Positions 1 through 9,556 of a DNA stretch of 64,000 bases are shown here, in pieces. Origin of the DNA: Chthoniobacteraceae bacterium (GTDB lineage: Bacteria > Verrucomicrobiota > Verrucomicrobiia > Chthoniobacterales > Chthoniobacteraceae). Each line of letters opens with the position of its first letter. The stretch's first letter is position 1. The notes below the pieces were generated by a model, which made no database searches, was not told the DNA's origin, and was given only the letters and a program-made list of their open reading frames with translations. The DNA lies in contig JBBCKB010000006.1 in assembly GCA_037189965.1 (NCBI GenBank), forward strand, positions 13,926-77,925, given 5' to 3'. The position numbers and the translations under genes are program-made.

Positions 1-402
1 TATGCCGGCAACACCCCGGCTACCCCTGCCCTCCGCTGCCCGGCAGACCAAACTCCCCAACGCCGCACCTACCGCTACCACCAGAGCTTCCCCAGCGAGG
101 CGGGCGCAAAGCAGTATGGCAAATCCAACTACGTGCCCACCCACTTCACCCAGATCGCAAAACCTGCAACGCACGCGATGTTTTTCTGCATTACCTTTCT
201 GGATTCCCGTTCACTCCCGCTCTGGGGTTTTGACAACGCCATCTGGAAGGAAACTTCCGAACCTCTCTACCCTCCCGGAAACCAAACCTTCGGTCGCCCC
301 CACTACCGGGAGCGGGGGATCAACCTCCTCTACAGCGACGGCCATGCTGCCGCCGCCTTCTACCCACTGCCACCGGAAACCTGGCACTTCGACGGCCAAT
401 GA
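1..402 (+). CDS. DUF1559 / H-X9-DG pseudopilin-like protein, C-terminal fragment (5' end outside window)
   Basis: Frame 1 is open from base 1. The C-terminal ...HYRERGINLLYSDGHAAAF resembles the His...DG tail of PVC-group DUF1559 proteins. Stop TGA 400-402 overlaps the next ATG. Confidence 0.5.
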   Translation, partial: YAGNTPATPALRCPADQTPQRRTYRYHQSFPSEAGAKQYGKSNYVPTHFTQIAKPATHAMFFCITFLDSRSLPLWGFDNAIWKETSEPLYPPGNQTFGRPHYRERGINLLYSDGHAAAAFYPLPPETWHFDGQ

Positions 403-1532
403 CACCTCCTCATATCGACCTCCATATCGTCTCGCAAGGGTATGATCGCATCCACTGCTGGGTCCACGCCCGGGTGGCGGCGATCCCCGGGGAAACGCAC
501 CCCCACGCCCTCATCACCACCCAACCGCTTTGGCTTGCGGGGAGTGATGTTTTCTACGAGATCAACACCTTCCTCTCCAAAGACCTCGGGCAGACGTGGT
601 CGGGGCCGCAAGCGCATCTCGCCGAGTTGGGGCGCCGCCCGTGCGAGGAAAACCTCGAAGAGGTGCTGGCCGACTTCACCCCGGGCTGGCACGCCGCCAC
701 CGGCGTCGTCCTCGGCACCGGGCTTAATGGCTTTTATCGGGAAAACACCCAGCTCTCCTACCCCGCCCAACGGAAGACCTCCTACAGCGTCTACCACCCT
801 CAGACGGGGCAATGGGCCCCGTGGAAAAAGCTCGAGTCGCCCTTGATCGAAGGGGCTGGTTGCACCCAACGGGTCGATCTCCCGGATGGCCGTATCCTCC
901 TACCCACCTACCTGCGCGCCGCCGCCCCGGCGGCAGATCGCGTCCTCTTTTCCGCCACCGTCATGCAATGCGGGTTCGATGGGGAGACCCTCCATTACCT
1001 CGGCCACGGCACCGAGTTGACGTTGCCCACCGGGCGCGGCTTCGTAGAGCCCTCGCTCACCGAATACGGCGGGCGCTTCTACCTCACCCTGCGCAATGAT
1101 GAAGCTGGCTACGTCTCCACCAGTGAAGATGGGCTCCACTACACCGCTCCGCAACGTTGGTGCTTTGATGACGGGAGCGAACTCGGCAGCTACAATACCC
1201 AGCAACACTGGCTCACCGGCGGTGGCGGGCTCTACCTCGTCTACACCCGGCGCGGGGCCAATAACGACCATATCATGCGCCACCGCGCGCCGCTCTTTCT
1301 CGCCCGGGTGGACCCCGAGCGCCTCTGCGTCCTCCGGGAGACGGAGCAGATCCTCATCCCCGAGCGCGGCGCGCGCCTGGGCAACTTCGGCGTGGCGCGG
1401 GTCAACGACCGGGAAAGCTGGGTCTCCGTAGCCGAGTGGATGCAAACCACCGCCCCAAACCCGTATGACCCGACCGTGTGCGAACGCTACGGGGCCAACA
1501 ACCGCATCTATTTCGCCCGCGTGCTATTCTAA
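399..1532 (+). CDS. BNR/Asp-box repeat protein, sialidase-like beta-propeller glycosidase family
   Basis: 377-aa ORF with Asp-box motifs SKDLGQTWS and STSEDGLHY. ATGA overlap with the upstream gene. Confidence 0.6.
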   Translation: MTPPHIDLHIVSQGYDRIHCWVHARVAAIPGETHPHALITTQPLWLAGSDVFYEINTFLSKDLGQTWSGPQAHLAELGRRPCEENLEEVLADFTPGWHAATGVVLGTGLNGFYRENTQLSYPAQRKTSYSVYHPQTGQWAPWKKLESPLIEGAGCTQRVDLPDGRILLPTYLRAAAPAADRVLFSATVMQCGFDGETLHYLGHGTELTLPTGRGFVEPSLTEYGGRFYLTLRNDEAGYVSTSEDGLHYTAPQRWCFDDGSELGSYNTQQHWLTGGGGLYLVYTRRGANNDHIMRHRAPLFLARVDPERLCVLRETEQILIPERGARLGNFGVARVNDRESWVSVAEWMQTTAPNPYDPTVCERYGANNRIYFARVLF

Positions 1533-1538
1533 AACCCC

Positions 1539-2555
1539 ATGCCTGCCCTTCCCCGTGCCGTCGTGCTTGATGGCCACACCACCAACCCGGGAGACAACCC
1601 GTGGACTCGCCTTGAAGCCCTCACCCGACTCACCGTTTACGAGCGTACCCTGCCGCACGAATTGATCGAACGAGCACAGGGAGCGGAAATCCTCCTCACC
1701 AACAAAACGCCGATCTCCGCCGAGCAAATCGCCGCGCTCCCGGCGTTGAAGTTCATCGGCGTGCTCGCCACCGGATACAATATCGTCGATACCGAAGCGG
1801 CGCGAGCGAGGGGCATCCCCGTTTCCAATGTACCCGAGTACAGCACCCGGGCGGTGGCACAACACACGCTCGCGCTCCTGCTCGAGCTTTGCCACCGGTG
1901 TGGCGAGCATTCGCAGGCGGTGCATTGTGGAGAATGGAGCCGCTCGCCCGACTTTTGCTTCTGGAAGAGCCCGCAAGTCGGTCTTTGGGGCAAGCGCATC
2001 GGCATCGCAGGCAATGGGCGCATTGGCAAACAGGTGGCAGCGCTGGCAGAGGCATTTGGCATGCGGGTGCAGATCTTCAGCCGCCACACCCCGCCCGATG
2101 GCGACCGCTTCGTCTCGTGGGAGGAATGGCTGGAGAGTTCCGACGTTCTCTCCCTCCACTGTGCGCTGACAGAGGCCACCCGCCAGATGATCAATGCCGA
2201 AGCGCTCCGGCGCGTCAAACCGTCTGCCTTCCTGCTCAACACGAGCCGGGGAGCCCTTATCGACGAAACCGCACTCGCCACCGCCCTGCACGAAGGCCGC
2301 CTGGCCGGAGCGGCGTGCGATGTCCTTTCCACCGAACCGCCCGCTCCAGACAACCCGCTCCTGGGGGCTCCGCGCTGCCTCCTCACCCCCCATATCGCCT
2401 GGACCGCCCTGGAAGCCCGCCGCAGCCTGATGGAGACAATGGGCGATAACCTCGCCGCCTACCTGCGGGGCGCGCCCATCCATGTCGTCAATGAAGTCGC
2501 CGCGGCGGGGGCCGCTTTTTGCGCTTCCCAACCGCCGGGCTCCAATAGTAGGTAA
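1539..2555 (+). CDS. D-isomer-specific 2-hydroxyacid dehydrogenase (glycerate dehydrogenase-like)
   Basis: Rossmann motif GIAGNGRIGKQVA, conserved RGALIDE and LLTPHIAW catalytic-His region. Confidence 0.8.
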   Translation: MPALPRAVVLDGHTTNPGDNPWTRLEALTRLTVYERTLPHELIERAQGAEILLTNKTPISAEQIAALPALKFIGVLATGYNIVDTEAARARGIPVSNVPEYSTRAVAQHTLALLLELCHRCGEHSQAVHCGEWSRSPDFCFWKSPQVGLWGKRIGIAGNGRIGKQVAALAEAFGMRVQIFSRHTPPDGDRFVSWEEWLESSDVLSLHCALTEATRQMINAEALRRVKPSAFLLNTSRGALIDETALATALHEGRLAGAACDVLSTEPPAPDNPLLGAPRCLLTPHIAWTALEARRSLMETMGDNLAAYLRGAPIHVVNEVAAAGAAFCASQPPGSNSR

Positions 2556-2561
2556 ACGGGC

Positions 2562-3338
2562 ATGAGCAACCGTCCTCTCGAAGGGAAAACCGGCGTCGTC
2601 TTTGGCGTCGCAAACAAGCGCAGCATCGCATGGGCCATCGCAAAGGCATGGGCCGCGGCCGGGGCGAAGCTGGTCTTCAACTACCAGGGAGAGCGGCTCA
2701 AGGAGAACGTCGAAGAGCTCGTCGCCGAGTTCGGCCCCGACACCCCGCTCTACCCTTGCGATGTGACGGATGATGCGCAGATCAGCGCCTTCTTCGCCAA
2801 AGTCAAAGAACACACCCCGACGCTGGACCTCTTGCTCCACGCCGTCGCCTTCGCCCCCAAGGAAGCGCTGGAGGGCAACTTTATCGACACAAGCCGCGAA
2901 GCCTACCGCATGGCGCACGATATTTCCGCCTACTCGCTCGTCGGCCTCGCGCGGGAGGCCGCGCCGCTCATGGTCAATGGCGGCTCCATCGTCGCCATGT
3001 CGTACTACGGCGCGGAGAAAGTCGTGCCGCACTACAATGTCATGGGCGTCGCCAAGGCGAGCCTCGAAGCCTCCACCCGCTACCTTGCGTATGACCTGGG
3101 GCCGAAGAAAATCCGGGTCAACTGTATCAGCGCCGGGCCGGTGCAGACGCTCGCAGCGCGCGGCATCTCCGGGTTTTCGGGGATGATGAAGCACTACCAG
3201 GAGCATGCCCCCCTCAAGCGGAGCTGCGACACCGAGGAGCTGGGTGCCACCGGCGTCTTCCTCGCCAGCGACGGAGCGGCCTCCATCACCGGGCAGGTGC
3301 TCTATGTCGATGGCGGCTACCAGATCATGGGGATGTAA
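2562..3338 (+). CDS. fabI: Enoyl-[acyl-carrier-protein] reductase (NADH) FabI
   Basis: GKTGVVFGVANKRSIAWAIAKA N-terminus and the Tyr-x6-Lys motif YNVMGVAKASLE. 258 aa, typical length. Confidence 0.9.
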   Translation: MSNRPLEGKTGVVFGVANKRSIAWAIAKAWAAAGAKLVFNYQGERLKENVEELVAEFGPDTPLYPCDVTDDAQISAFFAKVKEHTPTLDLLLHAVAFAPKEALEGNFIDTSREAYRMAHDISAYSLVGLAREAAPLMVNGGSIVAMSYYGAEKVVPHYNVMGVAKASLEASTRYLAYDLGPKKIRVNCISAGPVQTLAARGISGFSGMMKHYQEHAPLKRSCDTEELGATGVFLASDGAASITGQVLYVDGGYQIMGM

Positions 3339-3353
3339 GGTTTTTCCTTTTTC

Positions 3354-3400
3354 AAAAAGGGCGAACTTCCGGGGATACGGAAGCTTCGCCCTTTTTTTTT
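3354..3400 (+). terminator. Rho-independent terminator after fabI
   Basis: AAAAAGGGCGAACTTCCG-gggata-CGGAAGCTTCGCCC followed by T9. The A-run upstream suggests it could act in both directions. Confidence 0.8.
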
Positions 3401-3458
3401 GCCCCATCGCACCGACCCTCCCGCGCGGGGCCGCCCGTTGCGTCGATACCCTCCGTAT

Positions 3459-4259
3459 ATGAACGCGCAACAGGAAGAGACAGCCGCCATCATCGGGGAA
3501 TTGATTGAGACCTGCCGAGACGGGCAGGAGGGGTTTCGCCTCGCCGCCGAAGCGGTGACGGATGATGTGGAGCTTAAACGGCTCCTCTCTTCCTTCTCCC
3601 TCCAGCGGGCCAAATTTGCCGGGGAGCTCGAGGGGCTCCTCACCCGGCTTGGCCACGAGATCCCCGCCGACCACCTCTCCGCAGGTGGCACCGCCCACCG
3701 GGGGTGGATGAAAATCAAGAGCGCCCTCAGCCTCCACGATCCGCACGCCATCCTCGCCGAGTGCGAGCGGGGTGAAGACGTCGCCAAGGAAGCGTACGCC
3801 CGCGCCGTCGCCCAGCGCCTTTCCGAACCCGCTCAGGAGATCGTCCGCCGCCAGCGGCAGGAAGTGCTCGCCACGCACAACACCATCCGCGCCCTGCGCG
3901 ACAGCACCGAACCGGGAAGCCCGCTGGCCGCCACCACCGAGGCCGCCTCCGAAGCATGGGAGAGCGCCAAGGAGAAAGGCCACGCCCTCCACGCTGCGGC
4001 GAAGGAGCGCATCCGCGAGCGGCCCGTGCCCGCTATCCTCGCGTTATTGGCAGCGGGGTTTGCCTTTGGCCTCGCCATCCACCTCCTGCGGCGGCGCAAC
4101 GAGCCCACCGACCCGCTTGAGCGCGCCAACCTGGCCACTACCCAGTGGTTTGGCAAAATGGGCCGCAAGCTCCGCCGCGAGCGTGCCATGCACAACATCC
4201 GCCGCAAGGTCAACCGGCTCGCCAACCGCCACCTGCCCGACCGGATGCGCTGGGGGTAG
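3459..4259 (+). CDS. DUF2383 (PA2169-type four-helix-bundle) protein with C-terminal membrane anchor
   Basis: N-terminal IIGELIETCRDGQEGFRLAAE...ECERGEDVAKEAY pattern plus a single TM PVPAILALLAAGFAFGLAIHLL. ATG 3459 chosen; the ORF is open from 3399. Confidence 0.6.
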   Translation: MNAQQEETAAIIGELIETCRDGQEGFRLAAEAVTDDVELKRLLSSFSLQRAKFAGELEGLLTRLGHEIPADHLSAGGTAHRGWMKIKSALSLHDPHAILAECERGEDVAKEAYARAVAQRLSEPAQEIVRRQRQEVLATHNTIRALRDSTEPGSPLAATTEAASEAWESAKEKGHALHAAAKERIRERPVPAILALLAAGFAFGLAIHLLRRRNEPTDPLERANLATTQWFGKMGRKLRRERAMHNIRRKVNRLANRHLPDRMRWG

Positions 4260-4285
4260 CATGACATCGTGGGTCCGGCGCGGAA

Positions 4286-4358
4286 GTGAGCTGTAGGGCG
4301 TCTCTGTGAGACGCCGTGGGGTTGGGCCGCCGTCTCACCGAGACGGCCTATAGTTCAC
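4286..4358 (+). repeat. REPIN-like double-hairpin palindromic element, unit A
   Basis: GTGAGCTGTAGG-GCGTCTC-tgtg-AGACGCC-GTGGGGTTGG-gcc-GCCGTCTC-accg-AGACGGC-CTATAGTTCAC. Intergenic. Confidence 0.9.
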
Positions 4359-4480
4359 GCGGTATCCCGGCGGGAAATGAAAACGCCATTCCAAAGGCGT
4401 GTCGCAAATTCTTCCAAAGAGCATAGGCGCGCGGGGGAAAAGAGGTTAGATTGGCCCGAACCTCCCTCCCCCCCCGCTCC

Positions 4481-5437
4481 ATGCCTGCCTCCACGCTTGC
4501 CCCTGCCTCCACCGCAGACCTCTCGCGGCTGCTCGACCAGCTTAACCTCATCATCGTTGGCAAGAACCGGGTGATCCGGCTGGCGGTGGCGGTGCTGCTC
4601 GCGCGCGGGCATTTGCTGCTCGAGGATGTGCCCGGCGTGGGCAAGACGACGCTTTCGCAGGCGCTGGCCCTCTCCATCGGCCTGGAGTTCCGGCGCATCC
4701 AGTTTACCAGCGACCTCCTCCCCGCCGACGTTTTGGGGAACTCGATCTTCGACGCCACCACCCGCTCCTTCATCTTCCACCGGGGGCCGCTCTTTGCCGG
4801 AGCGGTTTTGGTAGACGAGATTAACCGCGCCACCCCCAAGACCCAAAGCGCCCTGCTAGAGGCGATGGAAGAGCGCCGCGTCTCCATTGATGGCGTGGGG
4901 CACGATCTGCCGGACCCCTTCTTCGTCGTCGCCACGCAGAACCCACGCCAGCTCGGCACCTTCCCGCTGCCCGAGTCGCAGTTGGACCGCTTTCTCATGC
5001 GGCTCCACCTCGGCTTCCCGGATGCCGAGAGCGAGCGTGCCATGCTGCTGGGCGAAGACCGCTCGGCCCTGCTGCGTGGCCTGGAGCCGGTGCTCTCGGC
5101 CGAGCAGCTCCGCGACTTGCAGGGCGAGGTGGCCGCCGTACGGCCTGCCCCCGCCGTCGTGGCCTACCTGCAAGCCTTGCTGGCCGCCAGCCGGGCGCGC
5201 CACCCGGTGGGGCTCTCGCCCCGGGCGGGGCTTGCCTTCCTGCGCGCCGCCAAAGCGTGGGCCTTTATGGAAGGGCGCGATTATTTGATGCCCGAGGATC
5301 TGCAAGCCGTGGGCGTGGCTGTCATGGGCCACCGGCTCGCCTCCGGCACGCAAGAGCGAGGCGGCGTCTATGCCTCCGGCGTGGGGGATGAAGGCGAGCG
5401 CCTCGCCCAGGAGCTCCTGCAGGAGGTGCCGGTGTGA
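4481..5437 (+). CDS. MoxR-family AAA+ ATPase
   Basis: LLLEDVPGVGKTTLSQALA (Walker A), RIQFTSDLLPADVLG, VDEINRATPKTQSALLEAMEE. ATG 4481 (TTG 4451 is an alternative). Confidence 0.88.
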   Translation: MPASTLAPASTADLSRLLDQLNLIIVGKNRVIRLAVAVLLARGHLLLEDVPGVGKTTLSQALALSIGLEFRRIQFTSDLLPADVLGNSIFDATTRSFIFHRGPLFAGAVLVDEINRATPKTQSALLEAMEERRVSIDGVGHDLPDPFFVVATQNPRQLGTFPLPESQLDRFLMRLHLGFPDAESERAMLLGEDRSALLRGLEPVLSAEQLRDLQGEVAAVRPAPAVVAYLQALLAASRARHPVGLSPRAGLAFLRAAKAWAFMEGRDYLMPEDLQAVGVAVMGHRLASGTQERGGVYASGVGDEGERLAQELLQEVPV

Positions 5438-6357
5438 GGCGGGGCCGCCGCGTCCGCCCGACCTCCGGGCTGGCCGTCTACCTTTTTGTAGCGCTCGCGG
5501 TTTTATACGCGGCGGCGTGCCAGAACAATGGCGCGGCGTATATCCTCACCTTCTTCCTCTTTGCCCTGCTCGGCGTGGGGGTGATGCAGGGGCTGCAAAA
5601 CACCGCCCTGCTGGAGGCGCGGCAGGTCGGCACCGCCTACGGCATGGCCCCGGCTGCGGATGTGCCCGGCTCCGGCCGCGTGGAGGTACGGCTCGCCCTG
5701 ACCAATACCGGGCGCATCCGCGCGCGTGCCCTTTCGCTGCGGCTGGTGGGGCAACCCGGTGAGCCCACGCTGCTGCCCGCCCTCCCCCCGGGAGAAACGC
5801 GCGAGATCGTGGTGCGGCTCCATGGGCTGGCCCGGGGGCACTATGCGCTGGAAGGGGCCGAGCTAACGACCGAGTACCCCTTTGGCCTCACCCGGGTGGC
5901 CCGCACCCTGCCGCTGGAGCGGCCCGAGGGCGTCTGGATTTACCCCGCCCCGCGCCCCGGGGGCGAGCGCCCCGAGGGCCCCTCCGACCATGCGGGGACT
6001 GGCGGCGGCGGCGGGGGCGGCGAAGATTTTGCCGGGGTACGCCCGTACCGCGAGGGCGAGTCGCAACGCCATGTGGACTGGAAGGCCGTCGCCCGTGGCA
6101 ACCCGAGGATGGTCAAACAATTTGCCGGCGGGGTAGACCGCGCCCTTGTGTTGGATTGGGATTTTCTCTCCACCCCGCCCGAGGCACGGCTGCGCTCGCT
6201 CTGCTACTGGCTCTTTGAGGCCGAGCAACAAGGGGCGCGCTACGGCCTGCGCCTGCCGGGGGGCGACTTTCCGCCGGGCGGCGGCCAGGAGCACCTGCAC
6301 ACGCTGCTGCGGGCGCTGGCGAGCTTTCCCGGTGGAGCCGAAAGGGGGCCTGCATGA
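5434..6357 (+). CDS. DUF58 domain protein (MoxR partner)
   Basis: EDFAGVRPYREGESQRHVDWKAVAR signature with N-terminal TM helices. GTG start overlaps the moxR stop (GTGA). Confidence 0.8.
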   Translation: MRRGRRVRPTSGLAVYLFVALAVLYAAACQNNGAAYILTFFLFALLGVGVMQGLQNTALLEARQVGTAYGMAPAADVPGSGRVEVRLALTNTGRIRARALSLRLVGQPGEPTLLPALPPGETREIVVRLHGLARGHYALEGAELTTEYPFGLTRVARTLPLERPEGVWIYPAPRPGGERPEGPSDHAGTGGGGGGGEDFAGVRPYREGESQRHVDWKAVARGNPRMVKQFAGGVDRALVLDWDFLSTPPEARLRSLCYWLFEAEQQGARYGLRLPGGDFPPGGGQEHLHTLLRALASFPGGAERGPA

Positions 6358-8390
6358 ACGAAGCCCCCCTCTCGTGGCGCACGCTCCACGGCGTCACCTT
6401 TCGCGATGGGCTCTGGCTGGCCGTGCCGCTATTGATGGTGGTGCTCCCACTGGTACCCGACGTAGGGGTGCTGCCGGTCGGGTTTGTGGCGTTTGGCGTA
6501 TTGGCCCCCATCGTGGCCGGATGGCTGGGGCGCGCACTGCCCGGGTGGCTGCGCTGGGTGGTACTGCTGCTCGGGGTAGGGGCCGTCTACCAGACGCATG
6601 GGGCCTTTACCGGTATGGAGCCGGGGATGGCGCTGCTGCTGGTGCTCATCGCCACCAAGCTCATCGAGCTGCGCACCCCGCGCGAGTACCGGATGGTCTG
6701 CATCCTCGGCTTCTTCCTCGTCCTCTGCGGGCTCTTCTTTTCGCAGGACTTCGCGCTTTGCATGTACGAAGGGCTCGTTTTCTTCCTGCTCACCCTCGTG
6801 CTCCAGCGCTTCCATGGCGGCCCGGCAGAGGAGGCTCCGGGGGCGCGCCAGCGGCTCGCCGAGCTTTGGGCCGTGGGGCGGGCGGTGCTCATCGCGCTGT
6901 TGCAGGCGCTGCCGGTGGTGCTCATCCTCTTCGCCTTCTTCCCCCGAGCCCCTGCGGGGTTTGGAATGCAGTTTCTGCGCCGCAACGTCACCGGCATGTC
7001 GGACCACCTTGCCCCCGGCGAGGTGGAAAAGCTCGTCGAAGATGGCTCGCCCGCCTTCCGCGCCCGCTTTATCCGGGGCAACCCCGGCAGCGGCCCCTTC
7101 TACTGGCGCGGCGTGGTGCTTTGGGATGCCGGGGGGCTGGAGTGGCGGCGCGGGCTCGATCGCGACCCGGCGCCCACCATCCCCGAGCGGCAGGTGAACC
7201 GCCCGGTCGAGCAGGAGATCGTCGTCGAGCCGCACGGCGGGCACTGGCTCTTCTCGCTCGACCAGCCGCTGGCCCCCCCTGAGGGCGAGCGCCTGCTTGC
7301 AGGCCGCTACCTCACCTCCCGCCGACCGATTGACTATCGCAAGCTCTACCGCGTCGTCTCCGGCCCCCTGCGCGAGCCGTTGGACCCGATGCGGCGCCGG
7401 CAGGCGCTAGTCGTCCCCCAGGATCTGCCGCCCCGCGTACGCGAGCTGGCGGCCTCGTGGGTGGGCACCCCGCGCGAGAAAGTAAGCGAGGCGATCCGCT
7501 ACTTCTCCCGCAACTACGTTTACACGCTGGAGGCCGGCTCCTACCCGGGTAACGACGGGTGGGCGATGCTCGAGACCTTCCTCTTCGAGCGCAAGCGCGG
7601 CTTCTGCTCGCACTACGCGGCGGCGTTTGCCTCGCTCATGCGGATCAGCGGCATCCCCTCGCGGGTGATCATGGGGTACTTCGGGGGCGAGTATAACCCC
7701 GTGGGCAATTTCTACGCCATCTCGCAGGCAGATGCCCATGCGTGGTGCGAAGTCTGGCTGGAGGAAGATGGGTGGGTGCGGATCGACCCCACCCTTTTCG
7801 TTCCCGGCGGGCGGCGCAACCCCGGGGCGGCCGCCGCCGCGCGAGACCCCGCCTCCGCCACGCTGGAGCCCGAGCGCCCCCCGCGCCGCGTGCTGGAGCA
7901 GATGGATTTTCTCCAAGAGCTCCGCTTCCAGTGGGCCGCATTTAATTATGACTGGACGGTCTGGGTCCTCGGGTACGACCGCGACGTCCAGCAAGCCTTC
8001 TTCAACAAACTTGGCTTCGCCCGCCTGAGCCGGGGCATTGTCTTCCTCTGGGCGCTGGTGGCCGTGGGTCTCTTTTACCTCGCCCTGCGCTGGTACCTCA
8101 AATGGCGGGCCGCTCCCCGGGTCGATGAGCTCACGCGCGCCTACCGCCACCTTTGCGCGCGGCTCGCCGCTGTGGGCCTGCCGCGTGGTGTGGCTGAGCC
8201 TCCCGCCGCGTATGGCGCGCGCGTCATCGCCGCCCGCCCCGACTTGCGGGCCACGCTGGAGCCCCTCTTCGAGGCCTACACCCGGCTCCTCTACGCTCCG
8301 TGGAAGGAGGCCAACCCCACCGCCGCCGAGCGCAAGCTCATCCGCGAGCTGCTCTTTACCCCCATTCAGCGCGAGCAGGCCGAGCGCTGA
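6354..8390 (+). CDS. Transglutaminase-like membrane protein (TgpA-like, DUF3488 + transglutaminase core)
   Basis: Multi-TM N-terminus. Cys-His-Asp core GFCSHYAAAF ... DAHAWCEVW ... VRIDPT. ATGA overlap with the DUF58 gene. Confidence 0.85.
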   Translation: MNEAPLSWRTLHGVTFRDGLWLAVPLLMVVLPLVPDVGVLPVGFVAFGVLAPIVAGWLGRALPGWLRWVVLLLGVGAVYQTHGAFTGMEPGMALLLVLIATKLIELRTPREYRMVCILGFFLVLCGLFFSQDFALCMYEGLVFFLLTLVLQRFHGGPAEEAPGARQRLAELWAVGRAVLIALLQALPVVLILFAFFPRAPAGFGMQFLRRNVTGMSDHLAPGEVEKLVEDGSPAFRARFIRGNPGSGPFYWRGVVLWDAGGLEWRRGLDRDPAPTIPERQVNRPVEQEIVVEPHGGHWLFSLDQPLAPPEGERLLAGRYLTSRRPIDYRKLYRVVSGPLREPLDPMRRRQALVVPQDLPPRVRELAASWVGTPREKVSEAIRYFSRNYVYTLEAGSYPGNDGWAMLETFLFERKRGFCSHYAAAFASLMRISGIPSRVIMGYFGGEYNPVGNFYAISQADAHAWCEVWLEEDGWVRIDPTLFVPGGRRNPGAAAAARDPASATLEPERPPRRVLEQMDFLQELRFQWAAFNYDWTVWVLGYDRDVQQAFFNKLGFARLSRGIVFLWALVAVGLFYLALRWYLKWRAAPRVDELTRAYRHLCARLAAVGLPRGVAEPPAAYGARVIAARPDLRATLEPLFEAYTRLLYAPWKEANPTAAERKLIRELLFTPIQREQAER

Positions 8391-9556
8391 AGCCAAGTCC
8401 CCCCCGCCCAGCAGCCCCCCCCAAGCACCGCGCCGACCAGCGCGCCGAGCGCCAACGGCCACGCCCCCGTCGGCAGCAACGGCACCACCACCCCGGAGAG
8501 AAAGGCAAAAAGGAGCATGAAGACAAACGTCTGCAATGAAGCCGCCAACCCGCGCGCCTTCGGCAGCATCGCCAGCGTGCGCAGCGTCATCGCCGGAGAG
8601 GCCAGCGACATCCCCATCGCGTAAAGGGCCAGCGGTGCCACCGCCCATGGCAGCACCGGCGGCAGCCAGCGCGTGGTGGCGGCATTGGCCAGCAGGCCAA
8701 GCCCCATCACCCCAAACCCGGCACGGATCAACACCACCGGGCGGCAATGGTGGGCGAGCCGCCCGGCGAGGATCGAGCCGATCGTCATCCCCCCGATCAA
8801 CGGGCCAAAGAGCCACGCAAACTCCTGCACCCCGAGCCCCAGCACCTCCATGACAAAGAACGGAGCCGCGCCAATGTAGAGCGCCACCCCGGAGAACGAA
8901 AACGCCGTCCCCAAACAACAGAGTAGAAACGACGGGTGCCGCACCGCCTCCGCGTAGCGCTGGAGGATCTCGCCCAGGTGGAAGCGGTGCCGCTCCGCAT
9001 GCGGCAGACTCTCCGGCAGCCACCGCAGGCACGCCGCCCAGAGCAGCAGCGCGAAGAGCGCGATCACTCCGAAAATCATCCGCCACCCCGAGATCGCCAG
9101 CAACCACCCACCCAGCACCGGTGCCAACGCCGGGGCGAGCCCAAAGAGCATCGAAATATAGGCAAACGCCTTCTGCGCCTCGCGGCCCGAGAGCCGGTCA
9201 TTCACGATGGCGCGCCCGATCACCGCGCCCGCACCTGCCGAAAGCCCTTGCAGCACGCGAAAGAAAAGGAGCGCCCCGAGGCTCTCCGCCCACGCCGCGC
9301 CGAACGAAGCCACGATGTAGAGCCCCATTGCCCCCATCACCACCGGCCGCCGCCCAAATGAGTCGGAAAGCGTGCCGTAGAAGAGCGTCATCACCGCATA
9401 CGCAAAGAGGTAAACGGTGAGCGTCTGCTGCGTGGCCGCCGCCGTGGCACCAAAATCCGCCGCGATGGCAGGCAGCGCGGGGATGTACGCATCAATGGAA
9501 AGCGCCCCGAGCATCGAGAGCGCCGCGAGCAGGAAGATCAACCGCACGTGTTGCAT
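8366..9556 (-). CDS. MFS transporter, Bcr/CflA drug-resistance subfamily-like
   Basis: Start MQHVRLIFLLAALSMLGALSIDAYIPALPAIA..., motif LSDSFGRRPV, 12-TM pattern. The 596-aa track ORF was trimmed to the internal ATG at 9556. Confidence 0.8.
   Translation of the reverse strand: MQHVRLIFLLAALSMLGALSIDAYIPALPAIAADFGATAAATQQTLTVYLFAYAVMTLFYGTLSDSFGRRPVVMGAMGLYIVASFGAAWAESLGALLFFRVLQGLSAGAGAVIGRAIVNDRLSGREAQKAFAYISMLFGLAPALAPVLGGWLLAISGWRMIFGVIALFALLLWAACLRWLPESLPHAERHRFHLGEILQRYAEAVRHPSFLLCCLGTAFSFSGVALYIGAAPFFVMEVLGLGVQEFAWLFGPLIGGMTIGSILAGRLAHHCRPVVLIRAGFGVMGLGLLANAATTRWLPPVLPWAVAPLALYAMGMSLASPAMTLRTLAMLPKARGLAASLQTFVFMLLFAFLSGVVVPLLPTGAWPLALGALVGAVLGGGCWAGGTWLQRSACSR

Noticed and set aside
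375-390. Sigma-54-like TGGCAC-ttcga-CGGC upstream of the BNR gene, and TGGCAT-ggaac-GGGC (25481-25495, minus strand) upstream of the small coiled-coil gene pair.
   Set aside because: The -12 elements are poor. The motifs lie only about 10-16 nt from the start codons, leaving no room for a transcript leader, and the first lies inside the preceding coding sequence.
4296-4312. Every REP hairpin is an inverted pair of CGTCTC/GAGACG (Esp3I/BsmBI) sites, which superficially resembles Golden-Gate cloning scars or synthetic sequence.
   Set aside because: The copies are diverged, carry compensatory stem mutations and lie in native intergenic contexts. The motif is just the stem of a natural palindrome.
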